From contig BPJB01000001.1 of assembly GCA_026004395.1 (NCBI GenBank), positions 161,370 to 225,369 on the forward strand: DNA of 64,000 bases, given 5' to 3'. The DNA comes from Patescibacteria group bacterium (GTDB lineage: Bacteria; Patescibacteriota; Microgenomatia; Levybacterales; UBA12049). A program made the translations under genes and the position numbers. The first letter of the stretch is position 1. The number at the start of each line of letters is the position of its first letter. This document shows positions 48,912 through 58,756 of this stretch, piece after piece. The notes under the pieces are model-generated. The model saw nothing but the letters and a program-made list of their open reading frames with translations. It ran no database searches and had not been told where the DNA came from.

Positions 48912-48972
48912 ATTAATTTTATGCATACGATCTCTTTTGCTTTTGTGATATTTTTAGTATTATAAAGATCGT

Positions 48973-50088
48973 ATGGATCCTGCCTCTTTATCAACAGCAT
49001 CTTCACAGAAACCTATTCAAGAAAAAGCAGAGTCAATGGATCAGATTCGCAGATTAGGTGAGCGTGTTGAAAAGGCTAATCTCCCTGCTTTACTTAAAGA
49101 AAATCTTCTAGAACGTGTCTCACGTTTGGCTCTGATACGAGCAAGTTCGGGATTTATGAGTGCAAATTATATTCTCGAATATGAAAATACAGCTAACTAC
49201 ATTAATTGGGTGGTTGGATTGCCGTGGAATAATCAAAGTGAAGATATCCTAGATATGATAAAAGCAAAGCAGATTATGGATAAACATCATTATGGACTTG
49301 AAGAAATAAAAAATAGAATTTTGGATTATCTTGCTACTATAATTCTTAACTTAAAGCAAGGAAGAAAAGATATTATCCAGCGTGCGCCTATTCTTTGTCT
49401 CGTAGGCTTAGCAGGCACCGGTAAGACGACTCTCGCAGCATCAATAGCAGAGGCATTAAATAAAAAATTTGAACGTATTCCTTTTGGGGGGATGGCAGAC
49501 GCACGAGCTCTTCGTGGTCAATCCAAAGCTTTTCCAGATGCAGAGCCGGGGTATATTATCAAAAAACTTTTTCATGCACAAACAAAGAATCCAGTAATAC
49601 TTCTTGATGAGCTTGATAGAGTTACAGAATCGGCTCGAGCAGATATTATGGGAGTACTTGTAGAACTTCTTGATCCTGAGCAAAATTTCTCTTTTGTTGA
49701 TCACTATATTGACTATCCTTTTGATCTCTCGAATGTTTTTTTTATTGCAACCGCAAACAATACCAGTACTATTTCTACTGCTGTTCTTGATCGTTTGGAG
49801 ATTATTCAAATGCCTTCATATACAGATGAGGAAAAATTAATCATTGCTAAAAATTACCTTTTTGACAAAATAAGAACAACAGCAGGATTAACAGATCAAC
49901 AACTCAGCATTGATGAATCTGTTTGGCCTCAGGTGATAAGACCTTTGGGATTTGATTCTGGGATTCGTTCTCTTGAGAGAACAATTGAAAGTATATGCAG
50001 AAAAGTAGCGCGTCAAATTGTTGAAGGTAGAGTACAGAATGTTCGAATTACACAAGATAATCTCAAAGAGTATCTTGTTACGTGGTAG
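48973..50088 (+). CDS. Lon-type AAA+ module lacking the N-domain and protease domain
   Basis: LPW, HYGLEEIKNRI, GLAGTGKT, NPVILLDE, LLDPEQN, ATAN; stops before the Ser-Lys protease domain. Confidence 0.85.
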   Translation: MDPASLSTASSQKPIQEKAESMDQIRRLGERVEKANLPALLKENLLERVSRLALIRASSGFMSANYILEYENTANYINWVVGLPWNNQSEDILDMIKAKQIMDKHHYGLEEIKNRILDYLATIILNLKQGRKDIIQRAPILCLVGLAGTGKTTLAASIAEALNKKFERIPFGGMADARALRGQSKAFPDAEPGYIIKKLFHAQTKNPVILLDELDRVTESARADIMGVLVELLDPEQNFSFVDHYIDYPFDLSNVFFIATANNTSTISTAVLDRLEIIQMPSYTDEEKLIIAKNYLFDKIRTTAGLTDQQLSIDESVWPQVIRPLGFDSGIRSLERTIESICRKVARQIVEGRVQNVRITQDNLKEYLVTW

Positions 50089-50174
50089 TCTAATCTATGA
50101 TGCAAAGAAATAGGTTTTCTAAAATACAGTTCTATCCAATGATTTCGCTTATATTATCTACACTTTAAGCATTT

Positions 50175-51863
50175 ATGGACCAGCAAGAAAGATCACAGCC
50201 TCAAATGAAAAAGCCCTCTTTATCTCTTATTCCTCTTGGAGGAATGGAAGATATTACTAAGAATATGTATCTTTACGAATATCAAAATGAAATTCTCATA
50301 GTTGATTGCGGGATTGGTTTTGCTGATGCCTCAATGTTGGGTATAGATCTTCTTCTTCCGGATATCACCTACCTTTTACAGACAAAAAAGAAAATTGTCG
50401 GTCTTCTTTTAACTCACGGCCATGAAGATCACATTGGAGCTCTTCCTTTTATTCTACCTCAGCTTCCGAAAATTCCTGTTTTTGGAACGCCGTTTACAGC
50501 AGCTTTGGCAAACGAAAAGTTAAAAGAATTTAAACTCCCCGCCAATGTCAATACAGTCACATTTAATAGTCCTCCTCTGATACTAGGTAACTTCAAATGT
50601 TCTTTTCTTCGTGTAACGCATTCGGTTCCGGATACAGCGCATATCTTTATTCAAACACCTGCTGGAAACATGTACCACGGTAGTGATTACAAAATTGATT
50701 TAACGCCTCAGGATAGGCAATATATGGATTTTCAAAGTATAGTTGCTGTAGGTAATACAAAAATTCTTGGTCATCTTATTGATGCTTTAGGATCGGATCG
50801 TGCTGGGCATACCCCCTCAGATGAAAATTTAGGAAAAACGATTGAGGATATCCTGCTTGAATGCAAAGGCAAGGCAATTATTACAACCTATTCCTCTAAT
50901 GTTGCACGAATAAATCAGATAATACAGGCTGCCGAAAAACTCAAAAAAAAAGTATGTTTTATTGGTAGATCGATCATAAAAGTAGTTGAGGTAGCAACCC
51001 GGCTTGGTTATCTGAAATTTCATGAAGGTACAATTATTGAGTTTGAGAATCTTAAGAATTATCCAGTTAATCAAGTAGTTCTTGTAGTTGCGGGAAGTCA
51101 AGGACAGGAAAACTCAGCAATGACTAGAATTGCAGAAGGTGAGCATAAGGAGATTAAAATTTCATCAGGAGATGTTGTTATAATTTCAGCTGATCCTATA
51201 CCAGGAAATGAAGAATCAGTTAACAGTCTCGTTGATAGTATTTCTAAAACAGGCGCTCAAGTTATCACATCAGGGAATGGAAGGGTTCTGCACGTTTCAG
51301 GGCATGGATCTCAACAAGATCATCTTTTAATGATGTCTCTATTAAGAGCTAGATATATTATCCCCATTAGTGGTAACTATCGTCATTTGATTCTATTTAA
51401 AGATCTAGCACAAAAGTTGGGATATCGTGATAGAGATGTTATTATTCTTGAAAATGGTCAGGAGGTAATTTTTTCAGATGGAGGATATTCTTTTGGACGT
51501 CGAATTCCGACAAAAAATGTTTATGTAGATCAGATTTCAGGAGAAGAAGTAGAAGGCTTTGTTTTGCGGGATCGTGAGAAGTTAGCTAAGGATGGAATTA
51601 TTATCTTAATGGTTGAGATAAATGCTGCTGATGGACAGTTGGCAGAGACTCCAGATCTTATCATTCGCGGTATTTCACCTAAAGAGACACAAGTTATTAC
51701 ATCCGGTCTTGTGAAAGAGATAAGTAATCTTCTCGGCAGTCGAAAAGGGAGGGTCAAAAACTGGATACAACTTCGAAAAGATATAGAAGAAGTCACAAAT
51801 AAATTTATTTACAAAAAATTTAGACGTCGTCCTCTCGTGATACCCGTGATAATTGAAGTTTAG
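50175..51863 (+). CDS. rnj: Ribonuclease J
   Basis: IPLGG, THGHEDHIG, THSVPD, GSQG, HVSGH. Confidence 0.94.
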   Translation: MDQQERSQPQMKKPSLSLIPLGGMEDITKNMYLYEYQNEILIVDCGIGFADASMLGIDLLLPDITYLLQTKKKIVGLLLTHGHEDHIGALPFILPQLPKIPVFGTPFTAALANEKLKEFKLPANVNTVTFNSPPLILGNFKCSFLRVTHSVPDTAHIFIQTPAGNMYHGSDYKIDLTPQDRQYMDFQSIVAVGNTKILGHLIDALGSDRAGHTPSDENLGKTIEDILLECKGKAIITTYSSNVARINQIIQAAEKLKKKVCFIGRSIIKVVEVATRLGYLKFHEGTIIEFENLKNYPVNQVVLVVAGSQGQENSAMTRIAEGEHKEIKISSGDVVIISADPIPGNEESVNSLVDSISKTGAQVITSGNGRVLHVSGHGSQQDHLLMMSLLRARYIIPISGNYRHLILFKDLAQKLGYRDRDVIILENGQEVIFSDGGYSFGRRIPTKNVYVDQISGEEVEGFVLRDREKLAKDGIIILMVEINAADGQLAETPDLIIRGISPKETQVITSGLVKEISNLLGSRKGRVKNWIQLRKDIEEVTNKFIYKKFRRRPLVIPVIIEV

Positions 51864-52029
51864 TACTTATTTCTAAATAAAATTTTGCTAACAGTCTTAG
51901 AAGATGTTCGATCTTCTGTCAAAATCGGAATTTAAAAAAAATATACTTTTTATTTAATTAAAAAAATTTAATAATTGCCTAAAACAAAAAACTTTTGTAT
52001 TTTTGCAACAGAAAGGTATAATAGATCGT

Positions 52030-54168
52030 ATGAGGATTCGCAGGCGTAGCTCTTATCGAAGGAAAAGCTTCAAGTTAAAACTCAAAAAAAATACTGTTTA
52101 TAATCTTTTTGCTGTAGGTTTATTTTTAGCATCAGGTCTTCTATTCCTTTCATTTACTCGTAACGGGACATCGGCAATTCTAATTAACAATATTTTGCAA
52201 GAAAAATTCGGCCGAATAGCAATTTTTGTTCCTTTTGTTCCTTTCTTTTTTGCATTTTTCCTTTTACATCTGAAAATCTTTTTATCTAGAGCTCATGTAG
52301 CCTTTGGTTATTTGGTATTCTTTGTGTCTCTTTTAGGATTGACTAAGAGTGGAACTATTGGTAATGAAATGTTCGATATTCTTGAGGAGATCTTAACTAC
52401 TATTGGTGCGGACTTGGTACTCCTTTCCGGTATTATTGTAGGAAATATAGTGTTTTTCGATACATCGGTTGATGAAGTTTTCGAGTTTCTGGGAAAAATA
52501 AAAAATAATCTTCACAGACTTGTTCCTTTGAGTCTTTTTAATAAAACAAGAGTCAACACAAAGTTTCAAATTGACCGTAACAAACCGCTAATAATTAATG
52601 GAGGACAAAAAGATGAAATAATACAAATATCCCATAATACAGGACCTGCCGTGATAAATACAAGAGAGAAAGAAACAACAGATGATATTTTTTCAACCAA
52701 TATGGTAACTAATATACCCTCAGGCACTGGAAATGGAATTTGGGAATATCCTCCTATATCTCTGCTTGAGGATAGTTCCAATACGACTGCTGATCGCGGG
52801 GATGTAAAGAAAATAGCAGGAAAGATTGAAGATACATTACAAAACTTTGGTGTTAAAGCACGCGTTGTAGAAGTAAATCCAGGACCAGCAGTTACTCAAT
52901 ACGCTTTGGAACTTGCTTCTGGTACCAAGATATCAAAGATTACTTCTTTAGCTAATGATTTAGCTCTTGCAACTGAAGCACCAACAGGGCAAATTCGTAT
53001 TGAAGCTCCAATTCCGGGAAGAAATCTCGTAGGTATAGAGATTCCTAATAGATCATTGGAGGTAGTAACTCTGCGGACAATGCTTGCCTCTCCTATTATG
53101 CAGAAGAGTAAATCAAAACTTGCTGTTTCATTGGGTCTTGATGTATCTGGTAAACCTGTTATTGCTGATATTGGAAAAATGCCACATGTTCTTGTTGCAG
53201 GAACAACGGGTTCAGGTAAATCTGTTCTAGTTAATTCTTTTATTTGTTCACTTCTTTTTAGGGCATCTCCACAAGAAGTTAAGCTTATTCTAATAGATCC
53301 TAAGCGAGTGGAATTCACCGCCTACAATGGTATCCCGCATCTTCTAGTTCCGGTTATTGTTGATGTTGATAAGATTCTATCAGCGCTTAAATGGGCAGTA
53401 GAAGAAATGAAGAGAAGATACAAGCTTTTTGAGGAAAGAGGAGTGCGTAATCTTGAAGGTTATAATGAGCTTTCTGGTTTTCAGGCTCTTCCATATATAG
53501 TTATCATTATTGACGAGCTTGCAGACCTTATGATGTATGCTCCTGTTGAGGTCGAAGATAATATTGCACGACTTGCTCAAATGGCACGAGCTACAGGAAT
53601 ACATCTTGTGATTGCAACTCAACGTCCCTCTGTGAATGTCATTACGGGTTTGATTAAGGCTAATATTCCTTGTCGTATCGCGTTTAACGTATCATCCATG
53701 ATTGATTCGCGTGTCATAATTGATGCTCCGGGTGCTGAAAAACTTTTGGGGAGGGGAGATATGCTTTATGTACCACCAGATCAGGCAAAACCAACTCGTA
53801 TTCAAGGTGCCTTTGTATCAGAAAAAGAAGTAAAAAGACTAGTGGATTTCCTCAAATCCAATAATTATCCTGTAGAATACACAGAAGAAATTATTAACCA
53901 ACCTCTTAGGATAAAAGGTAAACCCGGATTAGGAAGCGAAGATGGTCGGGATCCATTATTTGAGGAAGCAGTACGTCTAATATGTCAATTCAATACAGCC
54001 TCTGCTTCCTTTTTGCAAAGAAAATTGCAGATTGGTTTCGCTCGTGCAGCTCGTCTTACAGATCAACTTGAGGAAGCTGGTATTATAGGTCCTAGTACGG
54101 GTTCAAAAGCAAGAGAGATTTTTATTGGAAAAGCACAGGAGTATCTCGCAAATCTTCAGCAACAATGA
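52030..54168 (+). CDS. ftsK: DNA translocase FtsK/SpoIIIE
   Basis: N-terminal TMs, PHVLVAGTTGSGKS, IDELADLM, ATQRPS, gamma domain LQRKLQIGFARAARL. Confidence 0.96.
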   Translation: MRIRRRSSYRRKSFKLKLKKNTVYNLFAVGLFLASGLLFLSFTRNGTSAILINNILQEKFGRIAIFVPFVPFFFAFFLLHLKIFLSRAHVAFGYLVFFVSLLGLTKSGTIGNEMFDILEEILTTIGADLVLLSGIIVGNIVFFDTSVDEVFEFLGKIKNNLHRLVPLSLFNKTRVNTKFQIDRNKPLIINGGQKDEIIQISHNTGPAVINTREKETTDDIFSTNMVTNIPSGTGNGIWEYPPISLLEDSSNTTADRGDVKKIAGKIEDTLQNFGVKARVVEVNPGPAVTQYALELASGTKISKITSLANDLALATEAPTGQIRIEAPIPGRNLVGIEIPNRSLEVVTLRTMLASPIMQKSKSKLAVSLGLDVSGKPVIADIGKMPHVLVAGTTGSGKSVLVNSFICSLLFRASPQEVKLILIDPKRVEFTAYNGIPHLLVPVIVDVDKILSALKWAVEEMKRRYKLFEERGVRNLEGYNELSGFQALPYIVIIIDELADLMMYAPVEVEDNIARLAQMARATGIHLVIATQRPSVNVITGLIKANIPCRIAFNVSSMIDSRVIIDAPGAEKLLGRGDMLYVPPDQAKPTRIQGAFVSEKEVKRLVDFLKSNNYPVEYTEEIINQPLRIKGKPGLGSEDGRDPLFEEAVRLICQFNTASASFLQRKLQIGFARAARLTDQLEEAGIIGPSTGSKAREIFIGKAQEYLANLQQQ

Positions 54169-54306
54169 GAACTCACAGTAGATAAATATTGAATATTAAT
54201 CAGTGCATTTTATTTTAGGTATTTGTTAATAAACGCAGATTGTACCTAGTGTAAGTTCAAAAATTTTAAAAACACTTGAGATTTGTTGATTTTTTATAAT
54301 TAATTT

Positions 54307-54945
54307 ATGATACGAGTTGGACAGAGATTAAAAGAAGCTCGTTTAGCAAAAGGATTAACACTTGAGGAAGTCTCTCAAGCAACAAAAATTCGTTCTTCAT
54401 TTTTAGCATCTATTGAGAAAGGAGAATATCATTCGTTACCATCAAGCTCATATGCTCAGGGATTTGTTAGAAATTATGCGGAGTTTTTGGGATTGCCGCA
54501 GCGTGAGATACTGGCGCTTTTCAAGCGAGAATATGATGAAGAAAAGTACTATAGTATTCTTCCTGAAGGATTTGTTGAGCAGGAAAAATTACCTCTTAAG
54601 AGGATAAAAATTCGTCAGGCTGCACTATTGATTCTTGGTATTTTGTTGTTGCTGGGCGGATTTCTCTTTTATCAATACCGTTCAGCTTTTTTTGACCCTC
54701 AACTTGTTGTGACTGAACCGAAAGAGCAATCACAAACACAGCAGGAGATTGTGGTCATCGGTCGGACCGACTCAAACGCAACAGTCTTCGTTAATAATCT
54801 GCCGGTAACAGTTAATCAAGATGGTTCTTTTATGAAAAAAATTACTGCATTTCCCGGAAGAAATACGATAACTATCAAATCTATAAACCGTTTTGGTCGA
54901 GAGACTACTGTTCAACGTACAGTTCATGTTAAGTCTAGTCCTTGA
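54307..54945 (+). CDS. RodZ-like HTH membrane protein with C-terminal Ig-like domain
   Basis: GQRLKEAR..GLTLEEV..TKI...IEKG...GFVRNYA..LGL, then TM; follows ftsK. Confidence 0.8.
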   Translation: MIRVGQRLKEARLAKGLTLEEVSQATKIRSSFLASIEKGEYHSLPSSSYAQGFVRNYAEFLGLPQREILALFKREYDEEKYYSILPEGFVEQEKLPLKRIKIRQAALLILGILLLLGGFLFYQYRSAFFDPQLVVTEPKEQSQTQQEIVVIGRTDSNATVFVNNLPVTVNQDGSFMKKITAFPGRNTITIKSINRFGRETTVQRTVHVKSSP

Positions 54946-54978
54946 CCTTTCTTATAAAGTAGAGTAAGCTAGAAGAAA

Positions 54979-55281
54979 ATGATAGATACTGTCCAATTAG
55001 TTTTGTTTTTAGTTATCCTAATTCTGACTATTTTGCTTGTGATATTGGGTATCCAAGTTTATTTTATCCTCAAGGAGGTTAGACGCACGATTGAAAAAAC
55101 TAATAAAGTTCTTGATGATACAGGTATTATAACGGAAAGTATCTCAAAGCCCGTGTCTTCTTTATCATCTGTTGCCATGAGTCTTAAGGCAGGATCAATT
55201 CTTGCGCTGGCAAAACTAATCAAAAATCTTCTTAGCAAAGATAATAATGATGATAAAAAGAAAAATTCTCCTAAGGAGTAA
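54979..55281 (+). CDS. Small membrane protein (DUF948/YoxC-like)
   Basis: TM followed by coiled coil; paired with a YtxH-like gene. Confidence 0.55.
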   Translation: MIDTVQLVLFLVILILTILLVILGIQVYFILKEVRRTIEKTNKVLDDTGIITESISKPVSSLSSVAMSLKAGSILALAKLIKNLLSKDNNDDKKKNSPKE

Positions 55282-55284
55282 GAA

Positions 55285-55641
55285 ATGGATAATAGACGCT
55301 CTGCAAACAATACTTTCAATATTTTTTTATTGGGGATTGTTATTGGAGTAGCCTTGACTTTACTTTTGACTACCAAAAATGGTAGAAAGCTTTTAAGACT
55401 TATTACGGAAGAGAGTCTTCAGCGCCTTTCAAAATGGGAAGACAGGCTTCTGTCAGTTGAAGATGAGAAGATAGATGATGAAGATGATTTTGCTCTGGGT
55501 GAAGATTATCAGTATGAAGGAAGAGATATTGATAGCAAGAAAGACGTGGAGGAGAAAAAACAAGAATCAAGCAATTCTACTATTAATGATCAAGTAAAAA
55601 CCCGTCGGTTTTTTAAAGGAATAAAAAAGAAAACATCCTAA
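55285..55641 (+). CDS. YtxH-like protein
   Basis: FLLGIVIG...LL...G.KL pattern, acidic tail. Confidence 0.6.
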   Translation: MDNRRSANNTFNIFLLGIVIGVALTLLLTTKNGRKLLRLITEESLQRLSKWEDRLLSVEDEKIDDEDDFALGEDYQYEGRDIDSKKDVEEKKQESSNSTINDQVKTRRFFKGIKKKTS

Positions 55642-55662
55642 CTGCAAGGAATTCCAAGGAAA

Positions 55663-56613
55663 TCAAAGCCCATATTTCTTAATATTTTCATTGTGTTCAG
55701 CATTGGTCCTAGCATAGCGATTAATACCATTTTTATCGGTAATATAGTACAAATAATCTGTGTCGGCTGGATTAGCAGCAGCTTGCAGAGCAGCAAGTCC
55801 TGGATTGGAAATAGGACCAGGAGGAAGTCCAGGATGTAAATAAGTATTATAAGGAGAGATAACTGCAGTATAATCTGCAACAGTTATAGGCGACCACCAT
55901 TTTCCATTTTGCTTGCCTTTAGCGTATTGAATTGTGGCATCAACTTGCAGTGCCATTCCAATAGCCAATCTATTATGTATTACAGATGATACTAGTGGTA
56001 GGTCTTGAGGATGTCTTGCTTCACGTTCAATTAATGAGGCAATAATGACTATTTTCTCCCGTGGAAGATCAGTATTTATGATATTAATAGATGCATATTT
56101 CTTGTCAAAGTTTTTTTCCATAATTGCGACAATATCCTCAACAGTTGCTTCTTTTGGTATAAGGTAAGTATCGGGGAAAAGATATCCTTCATGTTTAATC
56201 AGAACTTCTCTCCATGAGGGATTATATTTGGGTAGATGTTGTTCAAGAATCTCTGCGATTTCTTCAGCACGTTTTCCCTCAGGAATTGTTATCCAAATAT
56301 CAAGTGGATTTTGTGTCAAAGTTTTTGCAATTTGAAGAGGCGTCATTGATTGGGATAATTTGAAGTCACCTGATTGTATTTTTCTATCAAGATTTTCTTT
56401 TTTAACTAGAAGTAGGAAAATCAATTCACTTCTGAGAAGATTTTGATCTTTTAGTTTTCTTGCAATTGTTTTTACGCTACTTCCCGGTTGAACTACAAAA
56501 ATAATCTCTTTCTTATTATTAGGGTTTATGGCTTTTGTTCCATTTGTCCACCAAAGAAGTCCCACAATAATTAAAATAAAAGCAATAATTGCTACAAAAC
56601 GTACAAATTTCAT
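55663..56613 (-). CDS. mltG: Endolytic transglycosylase MltG
   Basis: TIPEG, EGYLFPDTY, ASLIERE, LQVDAT, SPYNTY, GLPPGPISNPG. Confidence 0.95.
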   Translation of the reverse strand: MKFVRFVAIIAFILIIVGLLWWTNGTKAINPNNKKEIIFVVQPGSSVKTIARKLKDQNLLRSELIFLLLVKKENLDRKIQSGDFKLSQSMTPLQIAKTLTQNPLDIWITIPEGKRAEEIAEILEQHLPKYNPSWREVLIKHEGYLFPDTYLIPKEATVEDIVAIMEKNFDKKYASINIINTDLPREKIVIIASLIEREARHPQDLPLVSSVIHNRLAIGMALQVDATIQYAKGKQNGKWWSPITVADYTAVISPYNTYLHPGLPPGPISNPGLAALQAAANPADTDYLYYITDKNGINRYARTNAEHNENIKKYGL

Positions 56614-56616
56614 AAA

Positions 56617-57897
56617 TTATTTATAAAACATCAGAGGGAAATGAACGAGCGAATCTTTTGCTTCTTTAAGATTATACGCGGATTGCGCATATAATGTATA
56701 GAGAACATCACCCTTTCTCACTTTCTCTCCAATTTTTTTATCTAAGTAAATACCTGCTTTTTTGGCATCTGGAGCGCCTAAGATTTTGGCTATAATAGTT
56801 GCATTCTTGCTATGAATTTTTCTGATAGTTCCTTCTGCTTTTGCAAGTACTTTATAGGAATATTTTCCTGGCTTCAAGCTAAGAGATGTGACATTGGGGT
56901 TTCCTCCTTGAGCTTCAATAATTTCTCGCATTTTGGCAAGTGCTTTTCCTGATGATAGGATCTGACGAGCCCACTCGTGTCCACTACCATACTCTTTTTT
57001 TATTTTTTCTTTGAGTTCTTTTGATGAATCTTCAAGACAAAGTTCAAGAAGCGCGCCTGCAAGGTTAAGTGCACGCTCTTCAAGGTCAAAAGGGCGATTT
57101 TCTCTTTGTTCAAGAACCATCAGAGATTCACGGCATTCAAGTAGAGGTCCAATACCACGTCCAGCTGGTTCATCAGTTTTATGTATCAGGACACGGATCT
57201 TGATCCCAAAACGTTTTGCTAATTTTTCAAACTTATGTTGAAGAAGCTCTGCGTCTTTGAGTTTATGTACCTTGACCATTTCTCCATAAGGAAGGTCAAT
57301 AACTACATGAGTTGATCCAAAGGCAATTTTTTTAGCCATTATAGAAACAAGAATCTTATCATAACTTTCAAACAAAAGAGGTTCTTCCACTTTGATAATT
57401 ACATCATCAGCAGGTGCAATGTTGAAACTTCCTCCCCAGACAATACACCCATTTGTTTTTTTGACAATGTCATAAATTTGCTGTTTAGTAAACTCAACAT
57501 TTGCTAATATTTCCATGTCATCTGCTGTTCCACTAGGAGTTGTAATAGCTCTACTGGAACTTTTGGGAATCTTAAATCCAGCGGCAGCGACTATGGGGAC
57601 GACAATAAGTGTTGTTCTTGTGCCTGGAACACCACCAATTGAGTGTTTATCTGCAACAATGCCAGAAAAATGTAGTTTTTCACCTGTTTCGACCATTGCC
57701 TTAGTAAGATAATAAATCTCCTGATCAGTAAATCCTTTAGAATATCCTGATGCAGCAAAGTAGGTAGTGAGCACATCTCCAAGTCTTTCATTAGCAATTT
57801 CATCCATAATTGCATAAATTTCAGTGTAGGAAAGTTTTTTACCAATAAGTTTTTTTTGTATTGCCTTCAATGCAAGATTTGTGCGATTTTTGTCCAT
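56617..57897 (-). CDS. AMP phosphorylase / thymidine phosphorylase family protein
   Basis: DKHSIGGVPG, PKSSSRAITTPSGTAD, APADD, IIEAQGG. ATG 57897 preferred as start. Confidence 0.88.
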   Translation of the reverse strand: MDKNRTNLALKAIQKKLIGKKLSYTEIYAIMDEIANERLGDVLTTYFAASGYSKGFTDQEIYYLTKAMVETGEKLHFSGIVADKHSIGGVPGTRTTLIVVPIVAAAGFKIPKSSSRAITTPSGTADDMEILANVEFTKQQIYDIVKKTNGCIVWGGSFNIAPADDVIIKVEEPLLFESYDKILVSIMAKKIAFGSTHVVIDLPYGEMVKVHKLKDAELLQHKFEKLAKRFGIKIRVLIHKTDEPAGRGIGPLLECRESLMVLEQRENRPFDLEERALNLAGALLELCLEDSSKELKEKIKKEYGSGHEWARQILSSGKALAKMREIIEAQGGNPNVTSLSLKPGKYSYKVLAKAEGTIRKIHSKNATIIAKILGAPDAKKAGIYLDKKIGEKVRKGDVLYTLYAQSAYNLKEAKDSLVHFPLMFYK

Positions 57898-58036
57898 CAC
57901 ATTTCTCCTCGTATTTGCTTGTACGCAAAAATAATTATTGAGCGAATTAGATTGAGTACAAAATATAAGGCACCATTTATAAGACGATAAACTCTTGGCC
58001 AAATAGCTTTAAGATAAGCTAGTAATTTTTCTTTAT

Positions 58037-58756
58037 TCATATGATACGTGCTTGAACTATCAGCCTCATCCACGTTGTTCCCGGAGGAGTACAGGTGACA
58101 AGAGTAAGATAATTATCATCATAATTTTGAGAAAAGAAAGATGTATCGTTAGGATCTGTGATTGTGATTTTATAAATTCGATATGTATAGTTTACCCCAT
58201 CTATTGTCAATTCGACAAGATCCCCAACTGTTAAGGTATGAAGGTTAGCGAAAATGGTTTTATAATCCTTGGGATTGTATAGCTGTGGAAGTGTTGAGTG
58301 TCCGAAAATAACTGCATTGCCTTTATTGGGTGGTACTGATGTACCTCCGTAATGAACAAGGTGCTGAGAAAGATCATTATCAACAACAGAAACAATTGCT
58401 TTCTGAATAGAGAGTTTGGGGATACTTAAGTAATATTGCGTAACAGATGAGCTAGTTTTTCCTGCATTAAAACTAGGGTACCAATTTCTCGCATTGGTGT
58501 AATCTACTCCAGTTACAGCATCTGTTGTAGATCTGATAAAATTTTTGATTGATGACTCACTAATTACTGTTGTTTTGGGTATAGGTGTTACCACTCCTTG
58601 TTGTGCAAAAACAGGGTGAAGATAGAGCTGAAAAGAGATAAACGGAAATGAAACATAAGCAACTATAACCACCCCTAGACAACATACTAGAAGACTAAGG
58701 ATGCGGATAAATTTTCTGATATTATGTCGTTTTTCTTTTTTATAGAATCTAATCAT
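58037..58756 (-). CDS. Sortase
   Basis: N-terminal TM, GNAVIFGHS, LTLVTCTP, R..V catalytic triad. Confidence 0.9.
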   Translation of the reverse strand: MIRFYKKEKRHNIRKFIRILSLLVCCLGVVIVAYVSFPFISFQLYLHPVFAQQGVVTPIPKTTVISESSIKNFIRSTTDAVTGVDYTNARNWYPSFNAGKTSSSVTQYYLSIPKLSIQKAIVSVVDNDLSQHLVHYGGTSVPPNKGNAVIFGHSTLPQLYNPKDYKTIFANLHTLTVGDLVELTIDGVNYTYRIYKITITDPNDTSFFSQNYDDNYLTLVTCTPPGTTWMRLIVQARII

